Positions 1 through 11,012 of a stretch of DNA of 64,000 nucleotides are shown one piece after another. The translations under genes and the position numbers were made by a program. The notes under the pieces were generated by a model. The model had not been told where the DNA came from and did no database searches. It was given only the letters and a program-made list of their open reading frames with translations. Each line of letters begins with the position of its first letter. Within the stretch, counting starts at the first letter, position 1. Source of the stretch: Truepera sp. (GTDB taxonomy: Bacteria; Deinococcota; Deinococci; Deinococcales; Trueperaceae); contig CBDCKW010000009.1 in the NCBI GenBank assembly GCA_965218435.1, forward strand, positions 2,656,001-2,720,000, in the 5' to 3' direction.

Positions 1-107
1 TTGACGAACAGGTTTCGGGTCTGACCTTAGATGAGTTTTACCTGCACGAAGGGGACGTGGTGGTGCTGGCGACGCTGCAGAATTTTCGTACCAAGCCGAA
101 ACTTTAG
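1..107 (+). CDS. 3' end of a CDS running in from the left edge (unknown function)
   Basis: Open frame ...DEQVSGLTLDEFYLHEGDVVVLATLQNFRTKPKL* ending TAG at 105-107; translated by hand. Confidence 0.45.
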   Translation, partial: DEQVSGLTLDEFYLHEGDVVVLATLQNFRTKPKL

Positions 108-245
108 CGCCCGGTTAGGTCTTTAGCTGTGTGCTGGAAGCAAGTAGACGGTCGCGGGTAGCTTGTAGGCTCTAAATTATGCACTGAGCACGAACGGGAA
201 CTCGGCTCGAGCAACCGAATCAGCATTCAATTAAAGGAGACTCCC

Positions 246-1763
246 ATGCCCACCCCTGTCATGCTTATGATCCTAGACGGCTTCGGCCTCGCCCCGGACG
301 GCCCCGGCAACGCTACCAGCCTAGCCCAAACCCCGAATTTCGACCGTTTATGGCAGAACAGCCCACACACGCAGCTGCAAGCTTCAGGCCGCGCCGTCGG
401 CCTCCCGGACGGGCAGATGGGCAACTCCGAAGTCGGCCACCTCAATCTGGGCGCGGGCCGTATCGTCAAACAAAGCCTGAGCTTTATCCAAGACGCGATT
501 GACACCGAAACCTTTTTTAGCAACCCGGTCTTAAACGAAACGTATGACGCGGCCTCCGGTGGGGCGCTGCACCTCATGGGTTTGGTCAGTGACGGCGGCG
601 TCCACAGCGACATCCAGCACCTGTTCGCCCTCTTAGACCTCGCTAAGCGCAAAGGCACTGCGCCCGTCTACGTCCACGTCTTTACCGATGGACGCGATAC
701 GCCGCCGGACAGCAGCTTGGGTTTTGTCAAAGCGTTACAGGGAAAGATAGCCGAACTGGGCCGTGACAGCCGGATCGCTACCGTGTCCGGCCGCTACTTT
801 GCGATGGACCGCGACAACCGTTGGGACCGGGTGCAACGAGCCTATGACGCTGTCGTCTGCGCGAAATCCGACCAGCACGCCGACACCGCCGAGGCCGCCG
901 TCCAAGCCGCTTACGACCGGAACGAAACGGACGAGTTTATCGCGCCAACTGTGGTCGGAGACGGGGCGAAAATCCAAGACGGCGACGCCGTAGTATTTTT
1001 CAACTTCCGCGCCGACCGCGCTCGTCAGCTGACCTACGCGCTGTTAGGCGACGTATCGTGGGAGAAATTCAGTCGCTGCGCTGTGCCTAGAGTTCACTAC
1101 ACCTCGCTGATGCAGTACGACGCTAAGCTGAGCGCACCCTTCGCTTTTGCGTTGCCGGAAATCAAACATCCGCTCGCCGAAGTTTTGAGCAACGCCGGAA
1201 AAACGCAGTATCACACCGCCGAAACCGAAAAATATCCGCACGTGACCTACTTTTTCGACGCAAAAGTTGAGACCTCGTATCCGGGTGAATCGCTCAAACT
1301 CGTCGCGTCGCCAAAGGTCGCCACCTACGACCTGCAACCTGAGATGAGCGAACCTGAACTCACCGCAGCAACGCTTAAACGCCTGAAAGAACACGATGAC
1401 GACTTCGTGCTGATCAACTTCGCCAACCCTGATATGGTCGGGCACACGGGCGTGATAGACGCGGCCGTCAAAGCGTGTGAAGCGGCGGATCGGGGGCTGG
1501 GACAGCTCGAGAAGGCCGTCCTCGCCAAAGGGGGCGCGATGATTGTCGTCGCCGACCACGGCAACGCCGAGGTGATGATCGCCGAGGATGGCGGCCCCTA
1601 CACCGCGCATACGACCAACCCGGTGCCGTGTATCGTCGTCGGGGCGGGCGACATCAAGCTGCGTTCGGGCGGCATTTTAGGGGACGTGGCCCCTACCGTC
1701 TTAGAGCTACTCGGTGTCCAAGCCCCACCGGAAATGACCCAACACTCACTCATCGAACACTAA
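246..1763 (+). CDS. gpmI: 2,3-bisphosphoglycerate-independent phosphoglycerate mutase
   Basis: ILDGFG, GQMGNSEVGH, SDGGVHS, DGRD, AETEKYPHVT, NPDMVGHTG, ADHGNAE and HTTNPVP motifs; SD AAGGAG. Confidence 0.97.
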   Translation: MPTPVMLMILDGFGLAPDGPGNATSLAQTPNFDRLWQNSPHTQLQASGRAVGLPDGQMGNSEVGHLNLGAGRIVKQSLSFIQDAIDTETFFSNPVLNETYDAASGGALHLMGLVSDGGVHSDIQHLFALLDLAKRKGTAPVYVHVFTDGRDTPPDSSLGFVKALQGKIAELGRDSRIATVSGRYFAMDRDNRWDRVQRAYDAVVCAKSDQHADTAEAAVQAAYDRNETDEFIAPTVVGDGAKIQDGDAVVFFNFRADRARQLTYALLGDVSWEKFSRCAVPRVHYTSLMQYDAKLSAPFAFALPEIKHPLAEVLSNAGKTQYHTAETEKYPHVTYFFDAKVETSYPGESLKLVASPKVATYDLQPEMSEPELTAATLKRLKEHDDDFVLINFANPDMVGHTGVIDAAVKACEAADRGLGQLEKAVLAKGGAMIVVADHGNAEVMIAEDGGPYTAHTTNPVPCIVVGAGDIKLRSGGILGDVAPTVLELLGVQAPPEMTQHSLIEH

Positions 1764-1773
1764 AGGACTAAAG

Positions 1774-2739
1774 ATGAACTACCGCACTATAGGAAAGACC
1801 GGTGTCAAAGTTTCGTCACTCTGTTTCGGCACCATGTCATTCGGTGACACCGCTGACGAAGCAGAGTCAGAGCGGCTCTACAGAGCCTCGAGAGACGCTG
1901 GCATCAACTTCTTTGACTGCGCGAACGTCTACGCGCAGGGCCGCTCGGAAGAGATTTTAGGGCGGCTCATCCGGGATGAACGTGACGAACTCGTCATCAC
2001 CAGCAAAGGCTTCGGCAAGACCGGCCCCGGCATCAACGACGGCGGCTTGTCACGTCGTCACCTTACCCGCGCGGTTGAAGCGTCCTTAAAACGGTTGGGA
2101 ACGGACAGGCTCGAGTTCTACTTCGTCCACCAGTTCGACCCCGACACGCCCATCGGGGAGACTGTCCACACCCTGGACGATCTAGTCAAGCGCGGGCTGA
2201 TCCTCTACCCAGCGGTCAGCAACTGGGCCGCGTGGCAGATCATGAAGGCACTCGGTACCGCCGCCTACGAGCACCTTGCCCGCTTTGAGCTGATTCAACC
2301 GATGTATAACCTCACCAAACGCCAAGCCGAGGTTGAAATCTTGCCGCTGGCGCTTTCAGAAAAGCTCGGCGTGATTCCGTACAGCCCGCTCGGGGGCGGC
2401 TTGCTGACGGGCAAGTATGAAAAAGAGCGACCGGTACAAGGCCGTTTAGTTGACAACAAAATGTACACCGCCCGTTACGGCGAGCCGCAGCACCACGAGA
2501 CGGCGGCGCGGTTTGTACAGTACGCCCGTGAGCACGACGTTCATCCGGCGACGCTGGCCGTTGCGTGGGTGGGGTCGCATCCGGCGGTGACTGCGCCGAT
2601 TGTTGGGGCGAGGAATGTGGAGCAGCTTAAACCTTCACTCGCTGCGGCGACGTTTGAGATGACGCCGGAGATGCGGGGTGAGATTACGGCGTTGTCACCT
2701 GCGGTGGCGGTGGCGACGGATAGGAGTGAGGAAAGGTAG
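1774..2739 (+). CDS. Aldo/keto reductase
   Basis: GINFFDCANVY..GRSEEILG, SLKRLGTD and PYSPLGGGLLTGKY motifs. Confidence 0.93.
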   Translation: MNYRTIGKTGVKVSSLCFGTMSFGDTADEAESERLYRASRDAGINFFDCANVYAQGRSEEILGRLIRDERDELVITSKGFGKTGPGINDGGLSRRHLTRAVEASLKRLGTDRLEFYFVHQFDPDTPIGETVHTLDDLVKRGLILYPAVSNWAAWQIMKALGTAAYEHLARFELIQPMYNLTKRQAEVEILPLALSEKLGVIPYSPLGGGLLTGKYEKERPVQGRLVDNKMYTARYGEPQHHETAARFVQYAREHDVHPATLAVAWVGSHPAVTAPIVGARNVEQLKPSLAAATFEMTPEMRGEITALSPAVAVATDRSEER

Positions 2740-2773
2740 AACTCAGCTGAGTCAAGTGTGCCGTCGTATCCAA

Positions 2774-3796
2774 TTAGAGCAGCGCTGCGCCACGTCGAAC
2801 TACACGCGACCACCCTAATAACCTCTCCTGAAGCTGTTGCCTTTGTCCTGAGTCAGACGCGCGGCTTGCCGATTCCAGAACCCACTTGCTCCGCCGCATG
2901 AATTCACCCAAGAAACAAAGGTCGAGCTGTGTCTGCCATGCTCGTTCATCGATAGAGTAACCAAGCCGCTGCACCAAGTACCTTCGGTAAGTTTCGGCAA
3001 TGGTCGCTTCGTCATGGGTCGGCAGCACTAAGAAGCCCTGATCGATATACAAGACAAGCTCAACGCCTGGAGGTGCAAATGTAGCGTAATCCCAATCCAG
3101 CATCATCACCCGTTTAGGCTTATCACGCGTGATCCCGAGGTTGCCATACCATACGTCGTTATGAACCAAAGTCGAAGGGTAGCTTGAGAGGGCGTCATAG
3201 AGGGGCTTTGGGGTCTGGAGGAGCGACCGTACAACCTGAGCGACATCAGGCTCGAGAAAATCCTCAATAAAATTCCAGGCTTCATAGTCGGGTTCGATTA
3301 GAAAGTACCCCGATAGGACGTGCAGGTTGAGTTGCTTTAACTGGTCATCCTCCCAAAACGCGGCGTGTAGGGCGGCAAGCGTGTCGAGTAAGAAAGTATG
3401 TTCTTCAACTGTGAATCGTTTGTCGCCACTGAGGAGTATGTCGCTCACATCACGCATAAGGACGGCGTAACCTGCGCCGTCACGCGCGCAGGCTACTACC
3501 GGATGTGCGATGCGATTCGGGAGGCGATCGAGGACACCGTGCTGCCAGAGGGTGATGGTGCGGGTAAAATCGCCGTCAGGGCCAGAGGCGATCCCTTTAC
3601 CTCCCTCATAACGACGCTTGAGGAGATACTGGGGGCCGCTTCCTTCGTTTGTTGTCACCGCGTAAAAGCGACTGCCCGTATTTGACGAGGTCATAGCAAC
3701 CGGCTCACAACGGACGCTTCTAATTAGAACAGGTTCCAGTGTGTTTAAGGTAATGGGGTCAATAAGGTTTTCAACGGATGGTAAGAGCTGGCGCAT
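2774..3796 (-). CDS. Aminoglycoside phosphotransferase / choline kinase-like (APH-fold) protein
   Basis: LAALHAAFW, TLVHNDVWYGN (HxD catalytic loop) and MMLDWD (metal-binding) motifs. Confidence 0.75.
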   Translation of the reverse strand: MRQLLPSVENLIDPITLNTLEPVLIRSVRCEPVAMTSSNTGSRFYAVTTNEGSGPQYLLKRRYEGGKGIASGPDGDFTRTITLWQHGVLDRLPNRIAHPVVACARDGAGYAVLMRDVSDILLSGDKRFTVEEHTFLLDTLAALHAAFWEDDQLKQLNLHVLSGYFLIEPDYEAWNFIEDFLEPDVAQVVRSLLQTPKPLYDALSSYPSTLVHNDVWYGNLGITRDKPKRVMMLDWDYATFAPPGVELVLYIDQGFLVLPTHDEATIAETYRRYLVQRLGYSIDERAWQTQLDLCFLGEFMRRSKWVLESASRASDSGQRQQLQERLLGWSRVVRRGAALL

Positions 3797-4119
3797 TGTT
3801 TCCCTTTCGTCTTCTCGGCATGAACCGGTACTGATGTTTCTTAAGTGCCTCCTAGTTGGGCGCTCGAAGTAGCATAGCTATACACTGCAAAAAAAGCACG
3901 ACTTGGCTGCGGCCTGTCGCGCTTTGGGGTTGCGGTTGAAGTAAATTGACAAACCCTCACTGGAAAATCAGCCATAGCAGAAAGCATAAAAAGCTATAGG
4001 GAAAATATAGTTTTTCCACAGATAGAAAATTGTGAACGTGTAGAAAGTAGATTACTGAACCGAGCCAAAACTAACCTTCCTCATAAAGTGAGCGTGACCC
4101 CACCGCGTCTCTATCTCTA

Positions 4120-5574
4120 CTAACGCTGAGCATGTCGCCCACCTAAAACCAGCTCCGCCGCGTGTTTCCCCGATAACAGCGCCAGCGGAATCCCGCCCCC
4201 CGGATGCACCGTCCCCCCGGCCAGCACCAGATTTTTAACGCCGCGCACGGTTTGCTTGGGCCGAATCGTCTGCAACAGCGAATGCGGCGCAGCGCCGTAA
4301 ATTGCGCCCCGGTGAGCAAGGCGGCCCAAATACGCTGGAGTGAAGGTTTTTTGCACCCGAATACGGTTGCGCACGTCTAAACCACGCCGCGCTAAAACCT
4401 CGAGCAAACACTCAGCATAACGCGGCGCTTCCTGCTCCCAATCAACCGGATTTTGTGCGGAAAGTGCGGGCGCGTTGACCAGCACAAACCAGTTTTCGCA
4501 CCCCGGCGGCGCGTCACCGCGTTCGGTTTTACTACTGATGGAAACATAAAGCGTCGGGTCAGCGGCAAGGTTGCCGCGCCTTACCGCCTCAAACTCGGCG
4601 CGGTAGTCGGCTGGAAACAAGATATTGTGATGGGCTAGACCGGGTGTTTCGCCCTCGAGACCCAGCAGCAACACAAACCCGGACAAAGAGGGCTCGAGCC
4701 TCTCCCCTTTCGCCTTTTGTCCCAACAGCTGATGCGTACGGATGAGGTCCAGCCCTGAGACGACCACATCCGCCGTAAAAGTTCCCGCATCCGTTTCAAC
4801 CGCCGTAACGTTTGGCCCCGAGGTACAGAGCCGCGTCACCGTCACGCCCGTTCGGACGTTTACACCCAATTTTTCCGCCAAAGCCCGGAGCTGCCGCACC
4901 ACACCTTTGATGCCGCCGACCGGATAAAATACCCCTTTGCCGAGTTCGACCCAAGCGATGTTGTGCAACACTGCCGGGGCGCGGTACGGGTCAGCGCCGA
5001 AGTAGGTCGCAAACCGCAAGAAGAAGGTCTCGAGGTCACCCGAAGCGCCGAACTGCCGGAGCAGCGCCGGGAGCTGTTTACCCGGATGAGCTTTGAGCCC
5101 GCTCGAGAGTCCGTACTTGGCCAATTCTTTAAGCCCCGGCGACTGCCCGAATAAGAACGTCGGGGCCGCCGCTTCGTAAAGGGTACGCGCTTCGTCTCGC
5201 AGACGGTGGAAGGCTCGAGCCTCCGCATCTGAAAGCTGTGCCGCTGTTTTCTCCGCGTCCAGCGACACGTCCCACACCCGCCCGGACGGGTAAAAGTAGC
5301 GGCACAGAGGTGATAACAGCCGAAACTCCGGCGGCGTCTTCCCTGCCCGGGTAAACAAGTCGCTGACGAGTTCCGGGAGCGTCCACACGCTTGGGCCGAG
5401 GTCGAAACGAAAGCCGCCCTCAGTAAACTCGCCCGCTTTGCCGCCTACTTCGTCAAGTTGTTCTAATAACGTGACCTGAACGCCGCTGAGAGCGAGCTCG
5501 AGCGCCGCCGACAGCCCGGCAAAGCCGCCGCCTAAAACCAGGGCTGTCTGGGGCTTGACTCTTGGTTTAGTCAT
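4120..5574 (-). CDS. crtD: Phytoene-desaturase-family carotenoid desaturase, probably CrtD-type 3,4-desaturase
   Basis: GGGFAGL FAD motif, GFRFDLGPS, GGTVHPGGGIPLALLSG; last gene of the cruF-cruD-cruC operon; ATG at 5574 overlaps the upstream stop. Confidence 0.7.
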   Translation of the reverse strand: MTKPRVKPQTALVLGGGFAGLSAALELALSGVQVTLLEQLDEVGGKAGEFTEGGFRFDLGPSVWTLPELVSDLFTRAGKTPPEFRLLSPLCRYFYPSGRVWDVSLDAEKTAAQLSDAEARAFHRLRDEARTLYEAAAPTFLFGQSPGLKELAKYGLSSGLKAHPGKQLPALLRQFGASGDLETFFLRFATYFGADPYRAPAVLHNIAWVELGKGVFYPVGGIKGVVRQLRALAEKLGVNVRTGVTVTRLCTSGPNVTAVETDAGTFTADVVVSGLDLIRTHQLLGQKAKGERLEPSLSGFVLLLGLEGETPGLAHHNILFPADYRAEFEAVRRGNLAADPTLYVSISSKTERGDAPPGCENWFVLVNAPALSAQNPVDWEQEAPRYAECLLEVLARRGLDVRNRIRVQKTFTPAYLGRLAHRGAIYGAAPHSLLQTIRPKQTVRGVKNLVLAGGTVHPGGGIPLALLSGKHAAELVLGGRHAQR

Positions 5575-6706
5575 CGGCTCCCAACGTTTCGGTATCACCT
5601 GAAGGGTGATAAACGCGCCCTTTCCAGCGGTAGCCTTTGCCCCGAAGCGCCCGCAAACCGATCTGCCAGAGTGGGAAAAAGACGAACGGTTGCAAAAACG
5701 CCTCGAGCGGGCTCCGGTGCGTTTTATACGAGGTCAAGGCCCGCTGAAAGAGACCGAGCGCCGCCGGAACCAGCCAGAGTGGATTGGCGAAGATGAGTAC
5801 CCACGAGAGGGTGTAAATCAGGGTGTTGAGCAGCAGTGAGCCCACCAAGAGAACGCGGCTCCCCTGATGCGCGGCCAAGATGTTTTTTGAAAAGCCTTCT
5901 AACAGCTCGTCACGTGTCCGGTACATCCGCACGCTCAGCAGGTCGCCGCCTAAAGCCAAGACCGTTTTGAGGCCGCGCCCCTTGGCATATTGCCCCATCT
6001 TCACATCTTCTAAAACTTCACCCTTAAACGCTGCGTGGCCGCCGACTTGCAGATACGCGCTTCGCGTCCACATCATGCACTGACCATTTCCGGCTGAAAA
6101 CGCTGCATCAGTCGTGTTTTTAACGAGTGGATAGGGCAAGAGTCCGAGCAAGATGAGGTCAATCACCGGGACGCTGAGGCGTTCAAAGAGCGTTTCGGTG
6201 CGTTGCCGCGGCCAGACGCTCGCGTACACCGCGCCACTGCGCCGCGCAAAATCTAGGAGTGAGGCCAACGCGCCCGGTTCCCACGACACATCCGCGTCGG
6301 TAAAGACCAGAATGTCACCTTTGGCCTTTTGTGCGAGTTGCCAACACGCCCAATTTTTCCCGCTCCAACCGGGAGGCAGAGGCTGACCCTCGAGCCCCCT
6401 CACACCTGAAACCTCCCCGATCACCTGCGCCGTCTCATCTTCGGAGTTGTCGTCTAATACGAGCACTTCATCTGCCCCTTGCTGCACGAGCAGCGGCAGC
6501 GTCTGGGCGAGGTTGACCGCTTCGTTGCGGGCCGGAACGAGCAGCGAGACGCGGCGGCCTGACCCAACAGCTTCAGATTCGTCTTTTTCCGTGCGGCGCA
6601 GCGGCGTCAGCACCGGAAAGGTAAAGGTGTTGACCAGCAGCACCGTAAGCTGCGCGGCGACCGCCAGCGTTGCGAGCCACCACACCAGCCACCCTAGCAG
6701 GGTCAT
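5567..6706 (-). CDS. cruC: Carotenoid glycosyltransferase (GT2, CruC-like)
   Basis: VPARNEA, LDDNSED, GWSGKNWAC, FTDADV, EDV and WKGR motifs; carotenoid operon context. Confidence 0.8.
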   Translation of the reverse strand: MTLLGWLVWWLATLAVAAQLTVLLVNTFTFPVLTPLRRTEKDESEAVGSGRRVSLLVPARNEAVNLAQTLPLLVQQGADEVLVLDDNSEDETAQVIGEVSGVRGLEGQPLPPGWSGKNWACWQLAQKAKGDILVFTDADVSWEPGALASLLDFARRSGAVYASVWPRQRTETLFERLSVPVIDLILLGLLPYPLVKNTTDAAFSAGNGQCMMWTRSAYLQVGGHAAFKGEVLEDVKMGQYAKGRGLKTVLALGGDLLSVRMYRTRDELLEGFSKNILAAHQGSRVLLVGSLLLNTLIYTLSWVLIFANPLWLVPAALGLFQRALTSYKTHRSPLEAFLQPFVFFPLWQIGLRALRGKGYRWKGRVYHPSGDTETLGADD

Positions 6707-7404
6707 GTCGGCCTCCTGCCGAACAGTTTACCCACCCACGCGGCTCGTTCGTTCGTACTCGCTGCGCCGCCGCTCCAAAGCTCAAAGCCCGGTAACGGTT
6801 TTTCGGGGTTGGCGTAGGCGAGCTCACGCTCGAGCCCCGCTAAAAGCTCATTCAGCGCCCCCGCCACCTCATCCGGCAAAACGGCGTCACCTGAGACGAG
6901 AAAGACCTCCGGCCGCTGCGCCCCGCGCAGCACCGCACGAATAGCGACCGGATAGACCGGCACCCCCGCCCGCGACGCCAAAAAGCTCAAACCGGGTTGT
7001 AGGTCGCCCACAGTCCCCGCTGCCCGCAGTTCGCCTTCAGGAAACACGATGAGCAGCTCGCCGCACCGGAGCCGACGGAGCGCCTCGCGGAGTTCAGTCG
7101 TCGGGACGCCCCCAATGTTTCTAAAAAAAGGAAACTGTTGCAGCGTCTCCGGTAAGATCAGACCGCTCAGTGGCCGCCTCAGCTTCTGTCCGATAAGCCA
7201 AGCTAGGTATAAATCCCACCAAGTATGGTGGTTCGCGGCTAATAACGCGCCGCTCGGCGGCAGTTTATCCGAAAAACCTCGAGCGTAGACCCCGTGCAGA
7301 TCGCGCTTTAACGAGCAGCGGATTAAAAAAGGTAGTGACCAGCCGATCAGCGCCGTGATGAGCGCCCGCAGCTTGACGACGAGTGAAGCTACATAGGCGC
7401 TCAC
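6703..7404 (-). CDS. cruD: Carotenoid glycoside acyltransferase (PlsC-like, CruD)
   Basis: ANHHTWWD (HxxxxD) and VFPEG motifs; GTG at 7404 overlaps the upstream TGA. Confidence 0.78.
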   Translation of the reverse strand: MSAYVASLVVKLRALITALIGWSLPFLIRCSLKRDLHGVYARGFSDKLPPSGALLAANHHTWWDLYLAWLIGQKLRRPLSGLILPETLQQFPFFRNIGGVPTTELREALRRLRCGELLIVFPEGELRAAGTVGDLQPGLSFLASRAGVPVYPVAIRAVLRGAQRPEVFLVSGDAVLPDEVAGALNELLAGLERELAYANPEKPLPGFELWSGGAASTNERAAWVGKLFGRRPT

Positions 7405-8861
7405 AACACCCGGTTGACCTTGACCGGAGCGCGTTTGACGCTGAGCCAGCTCGCCACCGTCCCTACTGCACCCATCGCCACGAACGCCGCCAGCGCTGCC
7501 CATGGTAGGCCGAAAAACAGCAAACCTACGCTGATGAGAAACGCTTGTGCCCAAAAGACGACGCGCAGGTCGGGCGAACTGCTTTGTAAAAGGCGGGGCT
7601 CGAGCCACCCCAAGAGCGTCACCAGCACGGCCCCCGCCATGAACCAGCCGATGAAATTGCTCAGCGGGATGCCGTAGTACGCGCCGCCGTCAAACCGCCA
7701 AAACCCCTGCGAGACCATCAGCGGGTCGAGCCCGACGTCCCAGGCGACGAGTGCGAGCGGCGCGAGCCAGCGTTTGGTACCGGGAGGAGAGAGCTCGAGG
7801 CCGATGAGCGTAAAGGCAAACCAGCCGAGCGGCACCAAAAGCGGGACGCCCAACAGCTGCGGCCCCGGCGCGGTGTAGCCGTAAGCGCCGAACGGCACGC
7901 CCGTGCTGTGCCCGACCCACTCGACCAGCAGCCCAAACCCGAAAGAGACGGCGAACAAGAGCCAAGCTTTTTGACCGTAACGCTGCAGTGCGTAACCCAA
8001 CACGCCGAGTGCCAAAAGTCCTGTGCTGAGGTAGGCGAGCAGGGCGAAGTGTTCGGGGAAAAGCGGCGTCGGAATCATTGAAAGTGCCCACAACGCGAGC
8101 AGACCGCGCCACGGACTGAGATCGCGTAAAGCTCGAAGGCGTTTTAGAGCGAGGGGCTCGAGCGCTAGCGTCATCCCGAAAACGACGAGCAGATTCGTCA
8201 GCAGAAAAAAAAGCGCCTCTTCTACCGGCAAGCCAAACAGTGCCAAATTCGACGACAAGTCCGGCGAAATCCACCAGATACCCAGACCTAAAGCCAAACG
8301 GTCGGCCAGCCACAAGTAGAACGTCGGAAGCAAAAATCCAAGGGTTAAGACAAGGGGCCGCCGCAATAAGAGATCGCCGCCAAAGCCCCACTGCAGCGCC
8401 AAAATCGGCGCGGCCCACGCTGCAATCATCCCGAAATAGAGGCCGCGCTGTGTGCTCAGCGCGAGGACGCCCGCTGCGGCTAACCCCAGCCACGCCAGCG
8501 CCCCGACGAGGCGCACAGCGGGCGCAGCAGAGATGTCAGAATGCGCCGAAACTTTACGGCGCTGCAAAAGTAGCACCCACAACCCTGTCAGCAGCGTCTG
8601 CAAGACAAAAAACAGATACTCTTCAAACGGCACCCAGCCGAGCGTAAAGAGCACCCGGTTCTCGCCGTAACCCCACACGCCCCGCGCGACCAGCAGATTG
8701 TCCCACGGCGTCGTGTAGACGAGTGCCAAAAGGACATGAACCCCAAGGGCGATGAGACCGGCGCGGGGGACTCGGCCCTGCTGCACTGCTCGGTAGGCCA
8801 GGAACGCGAGCAAAAGCAGGGGCAGCAAGATAAAAACGAGGTGAAACTGCAGATAAGTCAT
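7401..8861 (-). CDS. Fusion of membrane lycopene cyclase (two CrtYc/Yd-type repeats) and CruF-type carotenoid 1,2-hydratase
   Basis: N-half has [15 protein letters not shown] and [10 protein letters not shown]-half has [25 protein letters not shown] and [10 protein letters not shown]. Confidence 0.8.
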   Translation of the reverse strand: MTYLQFHLVFILLPLLLLAFLAYRAVQQGRVPRAGLIALGVHVLLALVYTTPWDNLLVARGVWGYGENRVLFTLGWVPFEEYLFFVLQTLLTGLWVLLLQRRKVSAHSDISAAPAVRLVGALAWLGLAAAGVLALSTQRGLYFGMIAAWAAPILALQWGFGGDLLLRRPLVLTLGFLLPTFYLWLADRLALGLGIWWISPDLSSNLALFGLPVEEALFFLLTNLLVVFGMTLALEPLALKRLRALRDLSPWRGLLALWALSMIPTPLFPEHFALLAYLSTGLLALGVLGYALQRYGQKAWLLFAVSFGFGLLVEWVGHSTGVPFGAYGYTAPGPQLLGVPLLVPLGWFAFTLIGLELSPPGTKRWLAPLALVAWDVGLDPLMVSQGFWRFDGGAYYGIPLSNFIGWFMAGAVLVTLLGWLEPRLLQSSSPDLRVVFWAQAFLISVGLLFFGLPWAALAAFVAMGAVGTVASWLSVKRAPVKVNRVL

Positions 8862-8868
8862 GACCGGC

Positions 8869-9282
8869 TCATAAAACGCGTAGATACATCCCGGCAGCGT
8901 AGGGCGCTCTAGCCTTCGTAAAGCCGAACTTTGCGTAAAAGTCCGGTGTGCCGTGATCCGCCATCAGGCTTATGTAGGCGCTTTTAGGGGCGTGTTCACA
9001 GATATACGTCATCAGCGCGTCCATGATGAGCTTGCCGACACCCTTTTTTTGCTGTTCGGGCACCACGGCAATATCTACAATCTCAAAAAAGCAGCCCCCG
9101 TCGCCAACCACGCGGCCTATGCCGATAGGTTCGGTTTCGAGAAATACCGTCACCGCAAAAAGTGAGTTTTTCAGGCCAATCGTTGCAGCGAGTTCGGTTT
9201 TACGGCTGAGTCCAGCGGCTAAGCGGATACGGATATAGTCTCCTACACTCGGGATTTGTTGTTTGACAAGGTAGTCTGACAA
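8869..9282 (-). CDS. GNAT family N-acetyltransferase
   Basis: GIGRVVGDGG, DIAVVPEQQKKGVG and FYAKFGF motifs. Confidence 0.88.
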   Translation of the reverse strand: MSDYLVKQQIPSVGDYIRIRLAAGLSRKTELAATIGLKNSLFAVTVFLETEPIGIGRVVGDGGCFFEIVDIAVVPEQQKKGVGKLIMDALMTYICEHAPKSAYISLMADHGTPDFYAKFGFTKARAPYAAGMYLRVL

Positions 9283-9455
9283 GGCGTTACGCTCCGGTGG
9301 TTACGGCAGCAAAAGTCATAGCAGCAAAAGTCACGTTAATAAACTTTTTATCAAGAGCGTCGAGGCGTAACGTTGCCTCATGTACGATTTTAAGGTAGCG
9401 CAAATAAAACTCAAGATAGAAATCAGCAAGCGAAGGGATAATCCGTCCAGTCGCG

Positions 9456-11012
9456 TCATCTTAGTGGCCCTTTACGCAGCTTTCTTTTATCCATATCTTT
9501 TAAGACGACCCGCGCCGCATTCCGGCCCGACGCGCCCATGATGCCGCCCCCCGGATGCGTGCTTGCGCCGGTCAGGTAGAGCCCCTTGAGGTGCGTTTTG
9601 TATTCGGCCATGCCCAGAAAGGGGCGCAGGGCGAACATCTGGTCCAAGCTCATCTCTAAGTGCATCACGTTGCCCCGGTAAAGGCCGAGGTGACGCTCGA
9701 GCCACTCCGGGTGCTGAAACAGTTTGCCGACCACCTTGGCTTTCGTTCCGGGTGCGTACACCTCATAGGCGTCTAAAATCGTTTCGGCAACCTCGTCTTC
9801 GATATCGGCCCAGCGCACGCCCTTAGCGAGTTCATAAGGAAAATACTGCGCCCAAAGCCACAGCACTTCACCCCCCGGTGGAGCTAGCGTGTCGTCTACC
9901 GCGCTAAAACTCATCGCTACGATGGGTGGGTCCGACGCGGGCCGACCGGCCAAAAAGTCGCCGTAAGCCGCGCTCAGCTGCGCCCGGTCACGGCATAACA
10001 GCCCGAGTGCCCGCCGCGCCTCGTCGCCCGGATGGGCGGTGTAACTTACCGGCGCGTCTAAAGCCAAGCGCAAAATCGCCCCAAAGCCGTTGCCAACGCG
10101 CATGTTTTTGCTACTTTCAGGGCGGTGTTCTTCGGGTAAGAGCTTACCGAACGTCTCTAAGGCGTGCGCTCCGGCAACCACGGTACGCGCGGTATACACC
10201 TGCCCAGCCACTTCGATCCCCGTAGCCCGGTTGCCTTCGACCAAAATCTTGTCAACCGGCGCGTCCGTAAAAATCTGCCCGCCGTGCGCTTCGATATGCC
10301 GCGCCAACGCCTGCGTCAGCATCCCCGAACCGCCCTTGGGCCGCGCCATCCCGCCTTCGTGATATAAGGGTTGCCAGAGTACAAACGGTGACGAAAACGG
10401 TTCCGAGGGCGGTGGCCCCGACTGCGCCGCCATCCAGACCAGCGGCGTTTTGACCCGTTCTTCTTTGAAATAGCTGTCTACGACCTCGCCGTAGGGTTTG
10501 AGGATTTTGCCGAGCGCCTGCTTCCAGTCGCCCTTGATCGCCTTGCCAAAAACCATCTTTTTACCCAAATTCAGCGGGCTCGGCGTACTTAAAAACAGCT
10601 CTTTAACAGCTTGACCGAAGGGCCGCCAATCATCCATAAAACGCGCGTACGCTTCGCCTTCGCCAGGATAGGTACGCTCGAGCCCGTCAATCGTCTCTTG
10701 TTCACTGCGGTAGATAAAGACGCTTCCGCCGTCTTCGTAGGGGGCAAAAAACAACGGGTCAATGTCAAGGTACTCGAGGCCGAAACGTCCCAACCCCAGT
10801 TCTTCAACAATCGGCGTCAGGCGAATGAGGATATGTGCGCTGCCGCCCAAGTCAAACTGATACCCCGGTACGATTTCTTTGGTTGAGACGGCTCCGCCCA
10901 CCATGTCGCGCCGCTCAAAGACGCCAACTTTGTAGCCTGCTTGGGCGAGGTACGCGCTGGTAATCAGCGCGTTATGGCCCGCGCCTACGGTAATCACATC
11001 AAAGTCCGGCAC
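9456..11012 (-). CDS. crtO: Carotenoid ketolase, CrtO type
   Basis: [43 protein letters not shown] and [15 protein letters not shown] closely resemble Deinococcus CrtO as recalled; adjacent to the cruF/D/C genes. Confidence 0.85.
   Translation of the reverse strand: MPDFDVITVGAGHNALITSAYLAQAGYKVGVFERRDMVGGAVSTKEIVPGYQFDLGGSAHILIRLTPIVEELGLGRFGLEYLDIDPLFFAPYEDGGSVFIYRSEQETIDGLERTYPGEGEAYARFMDDWRPFGQAVKELFLSTPSPLNLGKKMVFGKAIKGDWKQALGKILKPYGEVVDSYFKEERVKTPLVWMAAQSGPPPSEPFSSPFVLWQPLYHEGGMARPKGGSGMLTQALARHIEAHGGQIFTDAPVDKILVEGNRATGIEVAGQVYTARTVVAGAHALETFGKLLPEEHRPESSKNMRVGNGFGAILRLALDAPVSYTAHPGDEARRALGLLCRDRAQLSAAYGDFLAGRPASDPPIVAMSFSAVDDTLAPPGGEVLWLWAQYFPYELAKGVRWADIEDEVAETILDAYEVYAPGTKAKVVGKLFQHPEWLERHLGLYRGNVMHLEMSLDQMFALRPFLGMAEYKTHLKGLYLTGASTHPGGGIMGASGRNAARVVLKDMDKRKLRKGPLR

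Noticed and set aside
3940..4060. TTGACA in an AT-rich intergenic region
   Set aside because: No properly spaced -10 and no plus-strand gene downstream
9306..9333. Tandem GCAGCAAAAGTCA x2
   Set aside because: Only two copies at a 15-bp period; likely slippage, not CRISPR or a supported operator
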